Below are positions 12,201 through 28,168 of a stretch of 64,000 bases of DNA, in pieces. The first letter of the stretch is position 1; the number at the start of each line of letters is the position of its first letter. The DNA comes from Eledone cirrhosa (Eukaryota): positions 57,164,001 to 57,228,000 of the forward strand of contig OZ024746.1 of the NCBI GenBank assembly GCA_964016885.1, in the 5' to 3' direction. Below the pieces are notes generated by a model, which saw nothing but the letters and a program-made list of their open reading frames with translations, did not search any database and was not told the origin of the DNA. The translations under genes were made by a program, and so were the position numbers.

Positions 12201-13873
12201 ATGAATTCAACCAAAATGAACTCTTCCACACCGAACACCACTGACGCCACCACCACCACCGCAACTGAAACTAAAATTAACAATAACAACAACAGCAACA
12301 ATGAAATTAAGAAAAATACCGTCTTTTGCGAGAGTAGCAAAAAGTGCGAAGCATTCCAGGTAACTCAGGAGGAATTAGAAGAAGCCAAAACAATGGTGAA
12401 GAAAGATGGGTACAGGGTCAGCCTCACCCTCCCCTCCCACCTAATAAAATGGTTCATCGGCGTCTATGCACCGTGTCTTATCGGACGATTAACATAAAAT
12501 AGCGCCGAGTGGAACGGGCATCCGGGTCCCAAATACAAAATGCTTTGGGACATGTGTGGGAAAAAAAACCCCACATCAGACGTGGACAGAAATATGGAAC
12601 CGTGGACGTGTTCTATGAAACAGCACAGGAGGCCAGAGAACACTCCATGGCCTCATTAAGAAGTGACGACTTCACACTCGTCCCAAGCTATTGTGGCACG
12701 AGACTCGTGAAGATCAGGGTGACTGACGTTCCACCGGCCATCGAAATTCCCTGGCTAATGACTGCCGTCCTCGCCGGCATCGAAGCCAACACCAAGAAAA
12801 TAGAAATAGCGAAAGAAAAGTAGGAGAACTGGTCCGGATCTCAGATGGAGGTCCTGATCTAAGCGGACCAAATATGCATTGAGGAGATCCCAGAGGTAAT
12901 AGACCTCACTGACGGCAGCCTCCGCACCGTAATCGTCGAGCGCAGAAGGCCTAGGTGTGTCGTTTGTGGAGAAGGAACCCACCTAAGGGCTTTCTGCCCT
13001 CAGGCTAAATGGTTGAGGCCACCTCTCTTACCCACCCCAGTGACTCAACCATCAACACCACCAGCAGCAGAAATGGCAGCAACAACTGTAGCAGCAGCAA
13101 CATAAGCAACTGTAACAGCAACAACCCCAGCAACAGTAGCAAAATCAACATCATCACCACCCAACGCGCCAGAACTAGAACCAGCGCCTACACCATCCAC
13201 CACGCCACAACAAAAACCAACGCCTGTGGAGTATTTTCCACTCCCGACCTATCGCACCTGGAGACAGATTGTGACGACGAGGAGTGTGAAACGGTATCAG
13301 GAAAAAAGAAAAAAAAGAAAAAGAAACCAAAAAAGAAAAAAATCGCCTTCCCTCCCCCTCCAAAAACAAAATACAGAGGGAAACAAATAAACTATCAAAC
13401 AAAAAGGTTAGAACAGCTATACCACCATCCACACCAGCATCACCAACCCCATCACCACAAACACCAACACCATCACCATCATTAACTCCAACAACACCAT
13501 CATCAACACCACAAAAGTCACCAAAAAGCGAAATAGAAACAAACCCACAACAAACGCAAACAAAACAAAACAACCAAAACGATACACACTACACAGCATT
13601 AAATTTGAACAACAAGCAATTATTACACTACATCCAACACAACACCAGCATCACAGAAAAAGACTACACAACAACCCAAACGTTCATACCACCTCCACAC
13701 ATACAAATCATTCGCATCACACAGAAAACGTACACGACACTAAAACAAAAATTCCCCAAAGACATCGGAGAATTCCGACAAGCACTCTCCATGAGGATTT
13801 ATAGGGACATCCTTCCTGAGGAGGCCACAAGTATTAAAAAGGATGGAGAAACCATCCTTCCTCTACGAGAAGT
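12201..13873 (+). pseudogene. Tx1 ORF1 (nucleic-acid binding, CCHC knuckle), disrupted
   Basis: Homologous blocks with the ORF1s at 17626 and 53210-55008 (GQKYGTV, YCG, EGRRP-like then C-x2-C-x4-H-x4-C). Stops and frameshifts. Confidence 0.75.
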
Positions 13874-13914
13874 AAGGCAAGGGGTCTTTCCCATCTTTTC
13901 CACTCCATTTCAAC

Positions 13915-16900
13915 ATGACCTCACTCCGAACAGGCAGCATAAATGCGCGAGGCTTGGAGTCGTCATGGATGCAGGGCCACCTGCTCAACGACCTCAGGTC
14001 ACTAAACATAGATGTAGTGGCCATCAGCGAGACCAGAATCTCCGAAGCACGGGCCTTCACACCGATCTTCGATATACGCATCTCCCAGCCGTCCTGGATC
14101 GGGGGTTGGAGTTGCTGTGCTTTTTTGGAGAGGTTTGGATCTCGCCATACGAGCCATCTTCCTGGACCCAGAAGGTAAGTTGGTGGTGCTGGACGTGACC
14201 ATCGGAGACGGGCAAGATTTCAGGCTAGTGGCCGTCTATGCCCCGAAAGGAGCAGGGCGGCCTGATTTCTTCCGGCGTCTGGAGACCTTTCTTGGAACTT
14301 TAGTGTTAGTGGGCGACTGGAACGGGATCTTAGATGCACGCTGGGACTGTGTGTGATTAGCGGATAGGGGAGGAGGGTGCAAGAAATAGATAGGTCTAGC
14401 ATAGGCTGTCCCCAATTCAAGATAGTCAGCTACACGGACCACAAATTCGTGATCTGTGTGCTTGACTTAAATAGGCGTCATAGACGAGGACCCGGCTACT
14501 GGAAGCTAAACGCGTCCTTACCAGCGCTCAAGTTCTACAGAGACTGGCTTAGCGAACTAGTTAAGCGGGCGTTGAGGGGGCCATTGTGAACAAGTGGTGG
14601 TTTTCTCTGAAAAGAGCAATTAGAATAGAGTCCATTAGGTTTAGTAAGGCTTTAGCAATAGATACAAATAGAGCAGAGGGAGAATTAGTTAGAAAATTAG
14701 ACGAGGCGCTTAGCAAAGGCATCGCGACCGACGTACTTGCTGCGAAATTGGTCTTTGAACAATTCTTCAATGCAAAGCACGAAGCTTGCGTTATCAGAGC
14801 TAGGGTGCGTGCTCTCAGACGTGACTGGACGAAAGCCGTTCAATGGGCCCGAGTGGCGGCGGCGCGTCGTGGCAACACAGCCACGATCCGGACTTTGGTG
14901 GACCACGACGGGTGCATGTTACACGATCCCGGGCAAATGCGTGAAGCTTTTCAGCGACACTTCGCACAGCTGTTGAGGGCAGCGGCTGGCCGGATCGAGG
15001 GTTGGACCTTAGTGTCTACCTCGACGGACTGCCGCGGCTCCCGGTCACTGAGGCGCACTGTTGCGAAAAGCCGATAACAGCCGCTGAATACGGGAGGAAA
15101 AGACTGGCTGCACAAGGGGTTAATCGCCTGGTTTGGATGGTCTGCCCTATGAACTTTACGTACAGATGCCAGACTTGTTCGGAAGCCTCTTGGCGGACGT
15201 CTACTTAATTCCCAGCTCTGTGAGCCGAGGAGTTGTGGCGCTGTGAGAAAGGATCCGAACAAGGGGGATAACATAGATAATGTCAGGCCCATAACTCTGC
15301 TAAACACAGAGTTCAAGATTTTGGTCAAGGTTAGCAAAGAGGTTGGCGCTTATCGTTGCTGGTCTGGTGACATGCGCCATTCCCGACAGATCCATCCACG
15401 ACAACCTCCACCTCATGCGATACATCGTAGAAACGGTAGCTAGGGAACCTGGCATGGGTGGGTCCTTGATCAATTCAGATCAGTCGAAAGCTTTCGATAG
15501 GGTCGACCATCGTTCCCTAGCGGCAGTCCTCAGCGCGGCTGGCTTTGGACCCGTCTTCAGAGGCTTGATCGCTGCCATGCACAGCGACATCTGCTCTGTG
15601 GTGAGAGTGAACGGTCACCTTTCGGAACCGTTCAACAGCATGCGCTCGGTCCGCCATGGATGTCCCCTCTCGTCCCTCTTGTACGTATTGACTCTCAAGC
15701 CATTACTGCACAAACTGGAGACGTTGAGGGGGGTCCCGCGCGAACTAGGATGCGGAGGATCTGTGTCAGCATATGCGGACGATGTCAGCGTAGTGTTGTC
15801 GAACGCCAAATACATCGAGGCGATCGGCACTACAGTAAGAGAATACGAAGCGGTGACAGGAGCACTGATCAACCAGGAAAAGTCAGTGGGCATGCAGCTC
15901 GGCACCTGGAGAGGCAGGTCCGTGCCGTCCAACAGCGTCGTCGGGCGGTGGGTGGACTGACCGGTTAAATTGCTAGGGGTCTGGTTCGGTCCGGACCTCC
16001 AGACGGACAAAAACTGGGACGAGATGACGAGCAGGGTGGTTTCTCTCACCCAGAAATGGGCGAAGAGGAAGCTATCCCTGAAAGATCGAGCGGAGGTGGA
16101 TAACGCATACATCGCGTCCGTCATCTACTACCGCCTGACCGTCGTACCTTGTCCTAAGCCTTGCCTGAGTGCGCTGGAGCGTTTGCTCTTTCGCTTTTTT
16201 GTGGAAGGGACGCGCTCCGATGGTCAGGATGTCCATCTGCTGTCAACACCCGCTACGTGGAGGGCTGGGCGTGTCGTAGCTGATGATGCGCAGACACGCG
16301 CTCAGGCTACGACATCTCCACCTCTTCCTCGACGGTGATCAGTTGTGGTCGCCGTTTGCTAGACACGTCTTTCCCCAGCTCGTCTCCTTGACGGAGCTGC
16401 AGTCCTGGGTCAAGCTAAGACTGAGAGGGAGTGCTTGGAGACTGGAATGTCTTCAGGCGATCACAGCCCTCGACCAATAGGACAATGTGATCGGTGGAAA
16501 CTCCACCATGGCGTTCTATAGAGGATAGTGGAGGGGAAGAGTGACGACGTACTTGGAGAAACTCTAGGCGTCGACGAAAATCAACTAGCCAATCTCTTCG
16601 TAAGAAGTTTCGGGCCGGGGCCTATGGACAACTTCCATAAATCCCTGGCCTGGCAGTGCTACCGTGGAGCTTTGCCAGTTCGGGATAAACTCTACAGGCA
16701 CGGGGGTGCCGTCAGCCGGGCATGTCCGAGATATGCACCGGGCGACGAAACCGTCCTGCACGCACTCGTCCAGTGTCCGAGCATTGCTGATTGTGGGTTT
16801 ATGTCGAACACCTGCTGTCACGTGTAGGACGGATCCAGCTAACAGCTGAGTCCATCGTGAGGATTGCCCCGCCCTCTTCCTTTAGCAGAAAAGGGTAGGC

Positions 16901-17138
16901 GGTTTTTATCTGTCTGGTGGCCATGGCGAAAGATAGAGTATGGTGGACACGTTTGAAAGGGCTGAAGACGAGCACTTACCTCTTCGGTGATGTCCTGATT
17001 AACCTTTTCAAATTGCATTTGAAAAGGAAAATCAGAGTAGAGAGGGAAGTGCTCTCTTCCCACCATTTTGTTGAAAGATGGGTGAGAGAAGCAAGTATGG
17101 CCCGAGTGAATGGGCCTACTCTGAGTATGTGTCTGTAA
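13915..17138 (+). pseudogene. Tx1 ORF2 APE endonuclease-reverse transcriptase, disrupted
   Basis: APE and RT motifs in shifting frames. Relative to the copy at 49752-53185, the APE YLDR segment appears deleted near 14385. Confidence 0.88.
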
Positions 17139-17420
17139 ATTAAAGGTGGAAAATAGGGAGAGGGCACTTACCCTGCTGGTAAGGGTTACTGTGGCTTTTA
17201 ATGGGCTTTCCACAAATGTCCCTCGGAAGTCTCCCCCCCCCCCCGCCCCTATTGGCGAATTCTTTCATTGTTATTTTTTTGTTACGTCCTCTGTATTTGT
17301 TTTTTTTATACGCAGAAATACCCATCTGTACCACCTGTATTGTCATGTACTGTCCTTAATGTCTACTTTATATAAACCCTTTTGGTTAATAAAGAAAGCA
17401 TTATTATTATTATTATTATT

Positions 17421-19310
17421 GGTCTAAGCGGACGTATTTTGCTTGCTCACAGTAAGTCGCTTTATTTGCCTGTTACAATTATTTGTTGTTAAATATTTCT
17501 TGTTGAGTAAGGGATATAAGCCCGTAGACTTTGCCCAGTGAAGGGGAACGTATAATATTTAAGCCTTTTGGCCCAAATATTTCAACTTTTTTTTACATGT
17601 TAAAAAATTTACGAAGAAAAAAAATATGGCTGAGGCACGCGCCCCAGCGATATATCTGTTGTCGTGCGACAACGACGTAGAACTTGAGAGGAGCGCTACT
17701 GCGAAATTAACACACATTGATAACACAAACACAACCACAAACAAGGTAAACAAAGACACCAATGATATCAATAAGAACTCTAATTTTGAAAAAAATGACA
17801 GTAACAGCGACAACGAAATTACAGATAACGAAAAAAAATTAACAAATACAACAACAATATCAACACCACTAACATGAAAACAAATAGCGACAGCACCAAC
17901 AGCAACAATAACAACTGCACCGAGAACAACGGTGACAACAAAGACAACAATGATAACAGCGACAGTGCTAACAACAACACCAACAAGACCAACGACAACA
18001 ACACCCCCAACGAAAACAAGAAGAACAGTTTCGCTGCGGCAGCAACAAAAAAGAGGCCATGCTTCAACATGGACCTGTCAAACAAAGATGAAAAGTTGGC
18101 CCAGGCATCGAAGTTCATCAAGCAAGAGCAAAATTGGGCCAACTTAACTGTCCCGGTAGAAGCTATTGAGGCAGTTGAGCGCAAAACGGTCCATTATAGA
18201 TGCATCTCAGCACAAACCAAAAGGGCAGCTTTAATCCCACAAGAAGATATCGAAGTCGCGCTGAGGTGCATCAGGGAAGACACCCAATAAATAGAGAGGG
18301 GCAGACAGTACGGCACCATTTCGGTGTTGTTCAAGTCAGAAGCCCTCGCTATGAAACACGCTATGACTCCTTGCAAAACCAGCAAGGTCATAATGTACCC
18401 CTCCCACATGGGAAACGGAACGGCCCGTCACCGCATTCCCAGAATCCCACCAGGACTTGACATGTGGTGGCTTCTGGGATGTGTGATTGTGCAGTGGACG
18501 GATACAGTCCCTATAGAAGAGACCAGAACCGCCAGAGAGGAATTGAGGTCCGGGGTTGACCTGGAGATCCTTCTCCAGATCAGGGCCGAGAATGTGAAGA
18601 CAATCCCGGACCACATCCGCCTTCAGAATGGGACGGTCATTCACATTATGACCGAAGGCAAAAGGCCGCAGTGTTTTGTTTGTGGGGAAAAAAACATTTG
18701 CGAGCCTTCTGCCCTCAACTGCTGAAAGAGGCAAGGGCTCGAAAGGCTCCACTGTTGCCGACGCCGGGGCGAGGACCACAACCAACACCAGCGCCGGCAA
18801 AACCACCAACAACAACACCAACAGAAAGACCACCACCAACATTGACCACCCAGGGGGGAAACGAGGAAAGCTGTCAATGTCCCCCTCCCCCCAGAAACAC
18901 ACACACCAATAACACCATAAACATACATACAGACACACTTACAGACACAGACCCCTCATCTACCAGTAGTGAAAATGAGGGAAATCCAAAATCCCACAAA
19001 ATACAAAAAAGGAAACGCAAAAAGAAAAAAAAAACTCAAAAAGCTCAAAAGCACACTCAATAAAAAACGCAGACACCACCCACCCAAACATCTCTCCAAT
19101 AACACCAACATCAACACCTCCATCACCATCACCAGAATCCCCCAAACGCAAACAACCGAAACAGACGCAAGAACAAATATACACACAAACATCTGAAACC
19201 ACTGACACCGCACTCACAACAAACACAGATACAACCGAAACAACACCACCAAAACCATCACCACCACAACCACGCAAAAAAAATAAGACCACGCCAATAA
19301 AACATACAAA
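17421..19310 (+). mobile_element. Tx1-type element, 5' part only (5'UTR + ORF1)
   Basis: Starts GG after (TTA)n. ORF1 MAEARAP...SFAAAATKK...YPSHMG...EGKRPQCFVCG/KHLRAFC, frameshifted in an A-run near 18690. No ORF2. Confidence 0.82.
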
Positions 19311-19379
19311 ACTTCGTGCTCGTCATGAGGGCCAAAAAGGAACTGATGGCCCTCGTAGCACGAAGTGAAAATATATTAT

Positions 19380-21885
19380 TATTTCTTCATTGGTTTGTTG
19401 TCGCGCATTGCAGATCACTCCCATAAGTTTATTGATTTTCACTCATTTCAATCAGTATTTTATCATATATTTTTATTGCAAAGGGGATATAAGGCCTCGG
19501 CTTTTACTTTCTATAAGGAGACGCCATAACACTTTGGTCTAGTGCCGTAATATTTGAATTTTAAAATTCAGTTGAAGTGCATAACACGTTTGAATAAATT
19601 GAGGTTACATAGTCCTCGACATCCATTAAGAGGAGTACAATTTTCTTCGAGAAATGCGTGCTACATGACAGTAACTCGGAATCTTAGTAACACCATCACA
19701 GCAACCCGCTTCATCGTACGGTGGTATGCCGAACGATTGGTGCTAAATCATATCGGTTTGAGAGGGGTTCCAAGGCCCAAATCCCAAATGTTTTGGGTGG
19801 TGTGTGAGAAAAATGATTTGGTACAGTATATGTTTAATTTACGGATTTAGGGTAAATGAGGCCCTGTGCTAGTTAAGTTATGAGGCCCCTTACTTTCGCT
19901 CTGATATAGGTAGGCCAGGTAAGCCTACACATACATCTGCCCCGGCCAACGGACCCCTAAGCTTAACCAGACCTAAGCACTAGGGTAAATTCTGCACAGC
20001 CCACGAAGCAAAATTACTTCAAATCCGACGTCCTGCTGTGTCCAGTGATTGGTGATGTTGAGCATGAACCAGGTTCCGCCGGCATTAGCCATTCGTTTGC
20101 ATATAACATCTGTCCTAACATACACCACAGAGAAGGCGAGCCGTCTAGAAGTCTGCAAATAAAAAGAGAAGACTGTTCTTGATCGGGAATGTAACTATTT
20201 ATTCAAACCGACCTAGACGTCACAAACATTCGCATAACTGTGGAAATTAGAAATACAGCACCCCATTATTTTGGACCAATAAAAAACATCAAAGATACCT
20301 GATCACAACAAACCAGGAGGTAGGTAAGAGGCTCTCACCTCTCAACACAAAATCGCCCACTGCAAACAAAAAAAGCTGAACAGTCGAGAGCAAATGCGGA
20401 GGACAGAAAACCACCGCCAATTACAAAGGCCAAATCAACAGCAATATCAGCAATAGTGTAAAAAACAACAACACGAATAGTGGACATACGCCTCCCCGAT
20501 ATGATTAGTCATATAGGAATTGAGGCAGTGGCAATGACTGGCTAACCGTCACGCAAAAAATAAAAAGGAAGCATTATGTTTGATTTTACCCATAATGAAA
20601 GAGAACAACAAATAATCAACCACCACAAGGCACGTAGCAGAATCACCATCACTACCATCAGCACCACAGCAGACACATCATGCAGCAACAACAACATCAT
20701 AAACCCCACCATACCCTCATTTGCAGCAATAACAAAAAAACATGAATAACAACAAACGCAAACGCAACAAATAAGAAACAAATTACAGTCAGACACACAA
20801 ACAAACAGATCCTAAGGTACCGCTTAAAGTACATTACAATTGCACAAAACGATTACATCACTCCCCAAAATATTACAATTCCCACGTACATACAGATCAT
20901 ACATATGTCATAAGAACCATACACAAAATTAAAAGCAAATTTCCTCAATGAAATTGAGGAATTCCGCGCAATATTGGACATACTCGTCTGGCCGGTGGAC
21001 AGATTATTCATTTTCCTTAGCACTCATCAATTATTCAAGTTCCAATTAGAAAAAAAGTGGTTGGGGAAGGGCTGCAAGTAAATTTGTTAAAGGGTAAGTG
21101 AATGTCGCGTGAATGGCCCGAGTGAATGAGCCTATTATCAGATCTTCGCATCTCTAAGTCGGCCAGAAATGGACGTACGTGGTACAATACTCTTGAGGCA
21201 AGGTCGGGATATCAACGTATGGACGATCTTCCTGGACCAGGACGACAAACGTGTCGTCCTGGATGTGAGCAATGGTGAAAGTGGTTCCTTTAGCGTAATG
21301 GATTGCCTGGATTTCTTCAGGTGCTTGACAACGTTGCGACGTCTCGCTCTTTACTGTTAGCGGATTCCTGGAATGGGAAATTGAATGCACGCTGGGATTG
21401 AGGCTAATTATCAAAGAGAAGTGGGAGTGCAAAGGCCTCGAGGACTTGATCTGGTAGTTCAAACTGTATGGCAGGAACCGACTAGATTTTCCTAATGACC
21501 TTTTTGTGGACATCGCATAGGCTCATCTGGATCATATATAGATATGCTTTTCATTTGTGATGATGACCTGAGTGAATGGGCCTACTTTTTCCCTGTGCTG
21601 GTATAGTTTGGGGAGAAGAGGGGTCCCCTCATATGGTGCTCTTGGAGCGTCGAATGGTTTAGTATCTGTGGGGTTCCTATGTCACCCCAGCAGGGGAATT
21701 TATTGCTAAAATGTTTATTGTTCATCGTTATTTATAGGTCGGACTGGGTAATTGCTGGCCTTGTGCTTAAAGTAGAAACAATTATTTATTAATTCATTTT
21801 TACTGGATTTATTTTAAACCTTAACCGTCCCTGTCTATTGTTTTGTCCCCTATATGCCGGCTTTTGTGGCCAATAAAGAAATTAT
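19380..21885 (+). mobile_element. Mosaic of older degraded Tx1-type fragments
   Basis: ORF1-like blocks 19850-20950, ORF2-end motif tggcccgagtgaatgagcct at about 21115, APE piece IFLDQDDKRVVLDV at 21225, 3' end ttttgtggccaataaagaaattattatt at about 21862-21889. Confidence 0.6.
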
Positions 21886-22355
21886 TATTAGTATTAAGTG
21901 TTGAATTACTGTTATAAATGTTGTTGATGCTGTCACTACCATTAACTTATTAATAATATTCCTCCTCCTTCGATGAAAGCACTTTCATCAATGTGGAATG
22001 ATTTCACAATTCATTGTTATTATAATTATTATAATTATTGCACAACGCTTAGTTTGATCACTATGGAAATATTGGTTTGGCAATTCCTTCAAATGATTTA
22101 CTTGGGTTACAACGCTTTCATTATTTTCCTTAGCCATCTGCTCAAATATCATATAATATTCTCTTAATATTTATTCCTATTTTCAAATTACGCATGTTAT
22201 CATTATATTATGAATTGTGTGTTCTATTTTAAATCGAATAATTTGTTCTTCCCTATTGTATTCTATTCATTTGATTTACAAATCAATGTAATTTCATAAT
22301 TTAGATGATCTATTCTTTACGGCTTCTTTTACATGGCAATATACGAAGGAACATA

Positions 22356-23346
<991 letters not shown>

Positions 23347-23350
<4 letters not shown>

Positions 23351-23444
23351 AGGTTGTGTAGACCTTTCAAGTTTCAATTTTTGAACAATATTTTGTCCTT
23401 CAATGTTTGTATCATCCAAGTTTATGGATGAGGTCTTTACATTG

Positions 23445-23482
<38 letters not shown>

Positions 23483-23584
23483 CATACAATGTAAAAACCT
23501 CATCCATAAACTTGGATGATACAAACATTGAAGGACAAAATATTGTTCAAAAATTGAAACTTGAAAGGTCTACACAGCCTTATA
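23347..23584. repeat. Foldback: approximately 100-bp inverted repeat with (TA)n loop
   Basis: 23347-23449 is the near-perfect reverse complement of 23481-23584. Confidence 0.95.
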
Positions 23585-24850
23585 CACCTGCCCCACTTAG
23601 ATTTATTTTGAAGTATCATAAGCAGGATTTTAATAGAAACTCTGCAATGAGATTAATATACCTATGTAAGTCAGACATAATATCAGCAAAATATTCTTGA
23701 CAATATTATCACAAAAGTCAATCAAGATCCACTTCAACCTCCTTTAGGGCAATACTAGAGAAGTGACTGATTGGTTCTCAGCTTTATAATAATATTGATA
23801 ACAGTATTGACAGTAACGCTTATTACACATCCATCTCTCCTATTTTACTAAATAAAGATTTAATTATGACCTTGCATACCAGTGACTAAACTTGATCCCA
23901 AGTACATGTAATTCGAGCGGCCCGTAAAACTATCATCGAATTTGAAGACCAATTATGGACTCGTAATGATACATCTAACAATGTTGATATCACTATGGGA
24001 TCTAATGATTCTGCACAGGTCACTAATTTATTTGGCTTATATCTTTTAAACGAAAAACATAAAACATTGCCATACCTGAAGGGTGGATTATATCGTGATG
24101 ATGCCTTATTCATTTTAAATTATAAAAAAATATAATATTGAAAAAACTAGGAAAGGATTACATACATTCTTCAAAAGTGAAACCTAAGTATTACTTTGGA
24201 TAAGAACACCAAAATATTTATGGTGAGGTGTAAATGTTAACCTATGCTTACATACGAAAACCTTTACATCTTACCATAAACCTAATGAAAAACCTTTTAC
24301 GTTGATACCAATTCTAACCACCGTAGATCTTTTGCTTACTACAAGAAACAACCTATCATTATTTCCCATTATATGGCTATGAAAACCCGCAGAAATTTAC
24401 AAACTAAAAAAGATAATAATAATATTATTAATGGAAACAGTATATAAAATAATGACACGCACTCTTCTACAATTCCTTCTTGCACTAATGGCCACTTTCT
24501 CTATAACGGAAAACATCTTAATGATGAGAAAAATATTGTGAATAAAAAACAGTAAACCTAACATTTATAAAAATTGAAGGTAATAATCAAAATAGTTTTA
24601 ATACTAATCACTTTAAGGATACACTTATTAGTAACAAACATAAAAATAATAGATGAAGGCTTAATTCATATTTTAGTCCATCTTTCAACTTAAATGTCTC
24701 TACTAATATACCTAGAGTATTCTTCTCTATTATTGAAAAATATTCCACTTAATCATAAATACCATAATTTACCCTCAACAAGGTTCCAGCAAATTATGTT
24801 CGTCATACAAATCACGAAGCTCACTTTCATCTCTCTGTTTGTGTCAATAA
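23481..24850 (+). pseudogene. Degraded Penelope-like element RT (GLYRDD type)
   Basis: LRFILKYHKQDF...RLIYLCKSDI, ITMGSNDSAQVTNLFGLYLL (about 23990), GGLYRDDALF (about 24082), YHKPN..., SNH. These match PLE RT motifs. Confidence 0.72.
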
Positions 24851-25837
24851 GTATAAATTTCGCTATTGGGTGGCAATCCAGCCTCAAAGCTTCACGAAAG
24901 CGAATTAGTAACTGGTGGCGATAAAGCAATACATTTGTTTTGCGAGTAGATATATATATACGTGATATATCAACATGACAAGCAAAATCCGAAATGAACT
25001 AAATAACTATAGAATATATACTGAATTGTACACACACATTCACACAACAGTTGACCCCTATGGTATGGAATAATTCAAGTATGTATTTAAAATGTCCGTG
25101 ATTGTACGCAAAGACGTTTAAATTATCAACTGAAACTCTGTTATTCTTGGTGTAAGTTACTAATTATTCTAAAATAAATATTCGTACAGCGTATTGAGTT
25201 TCACATGTATATCATCGCATGTATATTCAATTACATATGATTACAGTATAGCCTGCCATGTGGTGGTTGAATAGTTCTAAATAATATTATAAAATATACT
25301 AAAATATACACATGAAGACAGAACACCAACAAATATGTACACATAACGACAGATCACTAACAATATGGTATACGTTACATACCTATTGAGAAGATGTGAT
25401 GAGACTGAGTCACCAATAGATATATAGTGCCAAGTCCTAGTGTGTTCGCCTCTATACACATGCATGTATATTGAATTACATGTAAATATAGGCGATATTC
25501 CAACATAACCTGGCATGTGATGGCTGAAAGAAGCTAAATAACTATGTGATATATAAGAAAATGTACATATATATATACACACGACGACAGATTTATATTT
25601 TAAAATAGTGGTATTATATATATATTAGGGGATGGTAAGAGTTTGTTTAGCTCAATTACATTGATATAATACATAAATTACGTTATCTTATTTTTTATTT
25701 AACTGTTTGATATTTAGATTATATTTTGTTATAATATCTACACTTGTCATACATTTTTACTCATAAACAATTCGTTTACAGTTTGAGCATGTGTTTATTT
25801 TCATCATTTATACAGAACCAATCACATATTCGCACAC

Positions 25838-26770
<933 letters not shown>

Positions 26771-28168
26771 TCTCTATCTTTGTATATTTATGTATGAATT
26801 ATATCTATCTATATCTCTCCCACATGTATCTTTCTTTGAAAATTTCTCTCTGAACCAATATGTTTTGTCTTATTGGCTTTATGAATGTGCAGCACTTCCA
26901 GGGTGTCCTTCTTGACTCAATATACATGTACAACCTGCTAGGCATAACTTTCAAATATTTATTTCGTTACAAACAAATATTTATTTTTTAAAGCAGTTGA
27001 GATACGCAATAATGTGTCTCAACTGGAATATTTTGATTGTTTACCTCATAGACCTCGTCTATTTTTCTGTCCAATATCAAATATATTGTATTCCTCGATA
27101 TATAATGTCTGGAACCCCACCAAAAGAAACCACAAACACAAAAATCCCACAGAATCACCCAATGAAGCGTAACAACATTTATCATATATTTGATTGATCA
27201 AGTCTTGTCTATGACTTAATATTAATATTAATGAAAACAATATTAAATAAGGATACGATAGAAAATTCTACATCTAATAAAATACCGAATAATCTTGGTA
27301 GCATCCATTCAATCACATCTCTCAGATAAATTCTAACCTGGGCCTAAAAATGAAATACACCAACTAGGGAACTGTATAAATTAGTCCTATTTATAGTATA
27401 TTTATTAATAAGATCTGAATATCACGGCTGGAAGAATCTTCGTCATGTTTTCGATTAGGTATGACTTGAACACATTCAGCGTCAGTAAACATAACGACAA
27501 AGATATTTCATGATGAATCATCCACCGAGTTTGACTAGAAGCATACAATGTCTGGAACATCTGGTCCTCCAAATCATCTAGTAATGTGTGATTAGCTTTG
27601 ATTTCTAACGATTCATGAACCTGTCTTCGACTTCATTCCCCTGTACAAAATCAGAGTGACAAAATATGTACCGAGAACAAACATTTAAATTTCATGTACA
27701 ATTGATCTGGCAAGCTTATATGCAGTTTCACTCGGGGAAATTCCACTCACAGAACTTGTCTCAAACTACGTTTATGACATTCAGGCTGGACGAAGATGTC
27801 AGGCAGTGGAATGAATATTTGAACTTCGAGATTGTAAAGAGATCTTAGCAATTCATAGAAATCGACACTCAAGCTATTATACAAGTTGCACCTAGAAGAT
27901 TAATAAAATAAGTGGAAAATTATTCATGGAGCTAGTTGATAATACGATTGTAGGTTGGTCGACGTATTACTGGTCAATAAAAATACAATAAAAAATATTT
28001 CTAATTATGGCAACAAGGCCACACCGTCTGGTGGTAAAGGGGTTAATAACATTCGATTGAAAAAGTCTGTTTTACATTACTGCTTAATCTATTGATTTCG
28101 GGAAGATGAATCTATACAAAAAGAAAACAAAAAAAAAAACGAATTCATGTGACTAAAAGAAATTATAA

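Larger units (their letters stand above)
11747..17400 (+). mobile_element. Full-length Tx1/L1-type LINE (ORF1 + APE-RT ORF2), pseudogenised
   Basis: ORF1 with CVVCGEGTHLRAFC zinc knuckle (12956-12997). ORF2 from 13915 MTSLRTGSINARGL, AISETR, VYAP, GDWNGILD, TDH, GYWKLN, RPITLLN, DQSKAFDRV, SVRHGCPLS, AYADD, C-terminal CPR..ETVLHALVQC. Ends aataaagaaagca then (TTA)n. Confidence 0.93.

Noticed and set aside
17485-17565. gggatataagccc resembling a twister ribozyme P4/L4
   Set aside because: P2 and the two pseudoknots could not be assigned.
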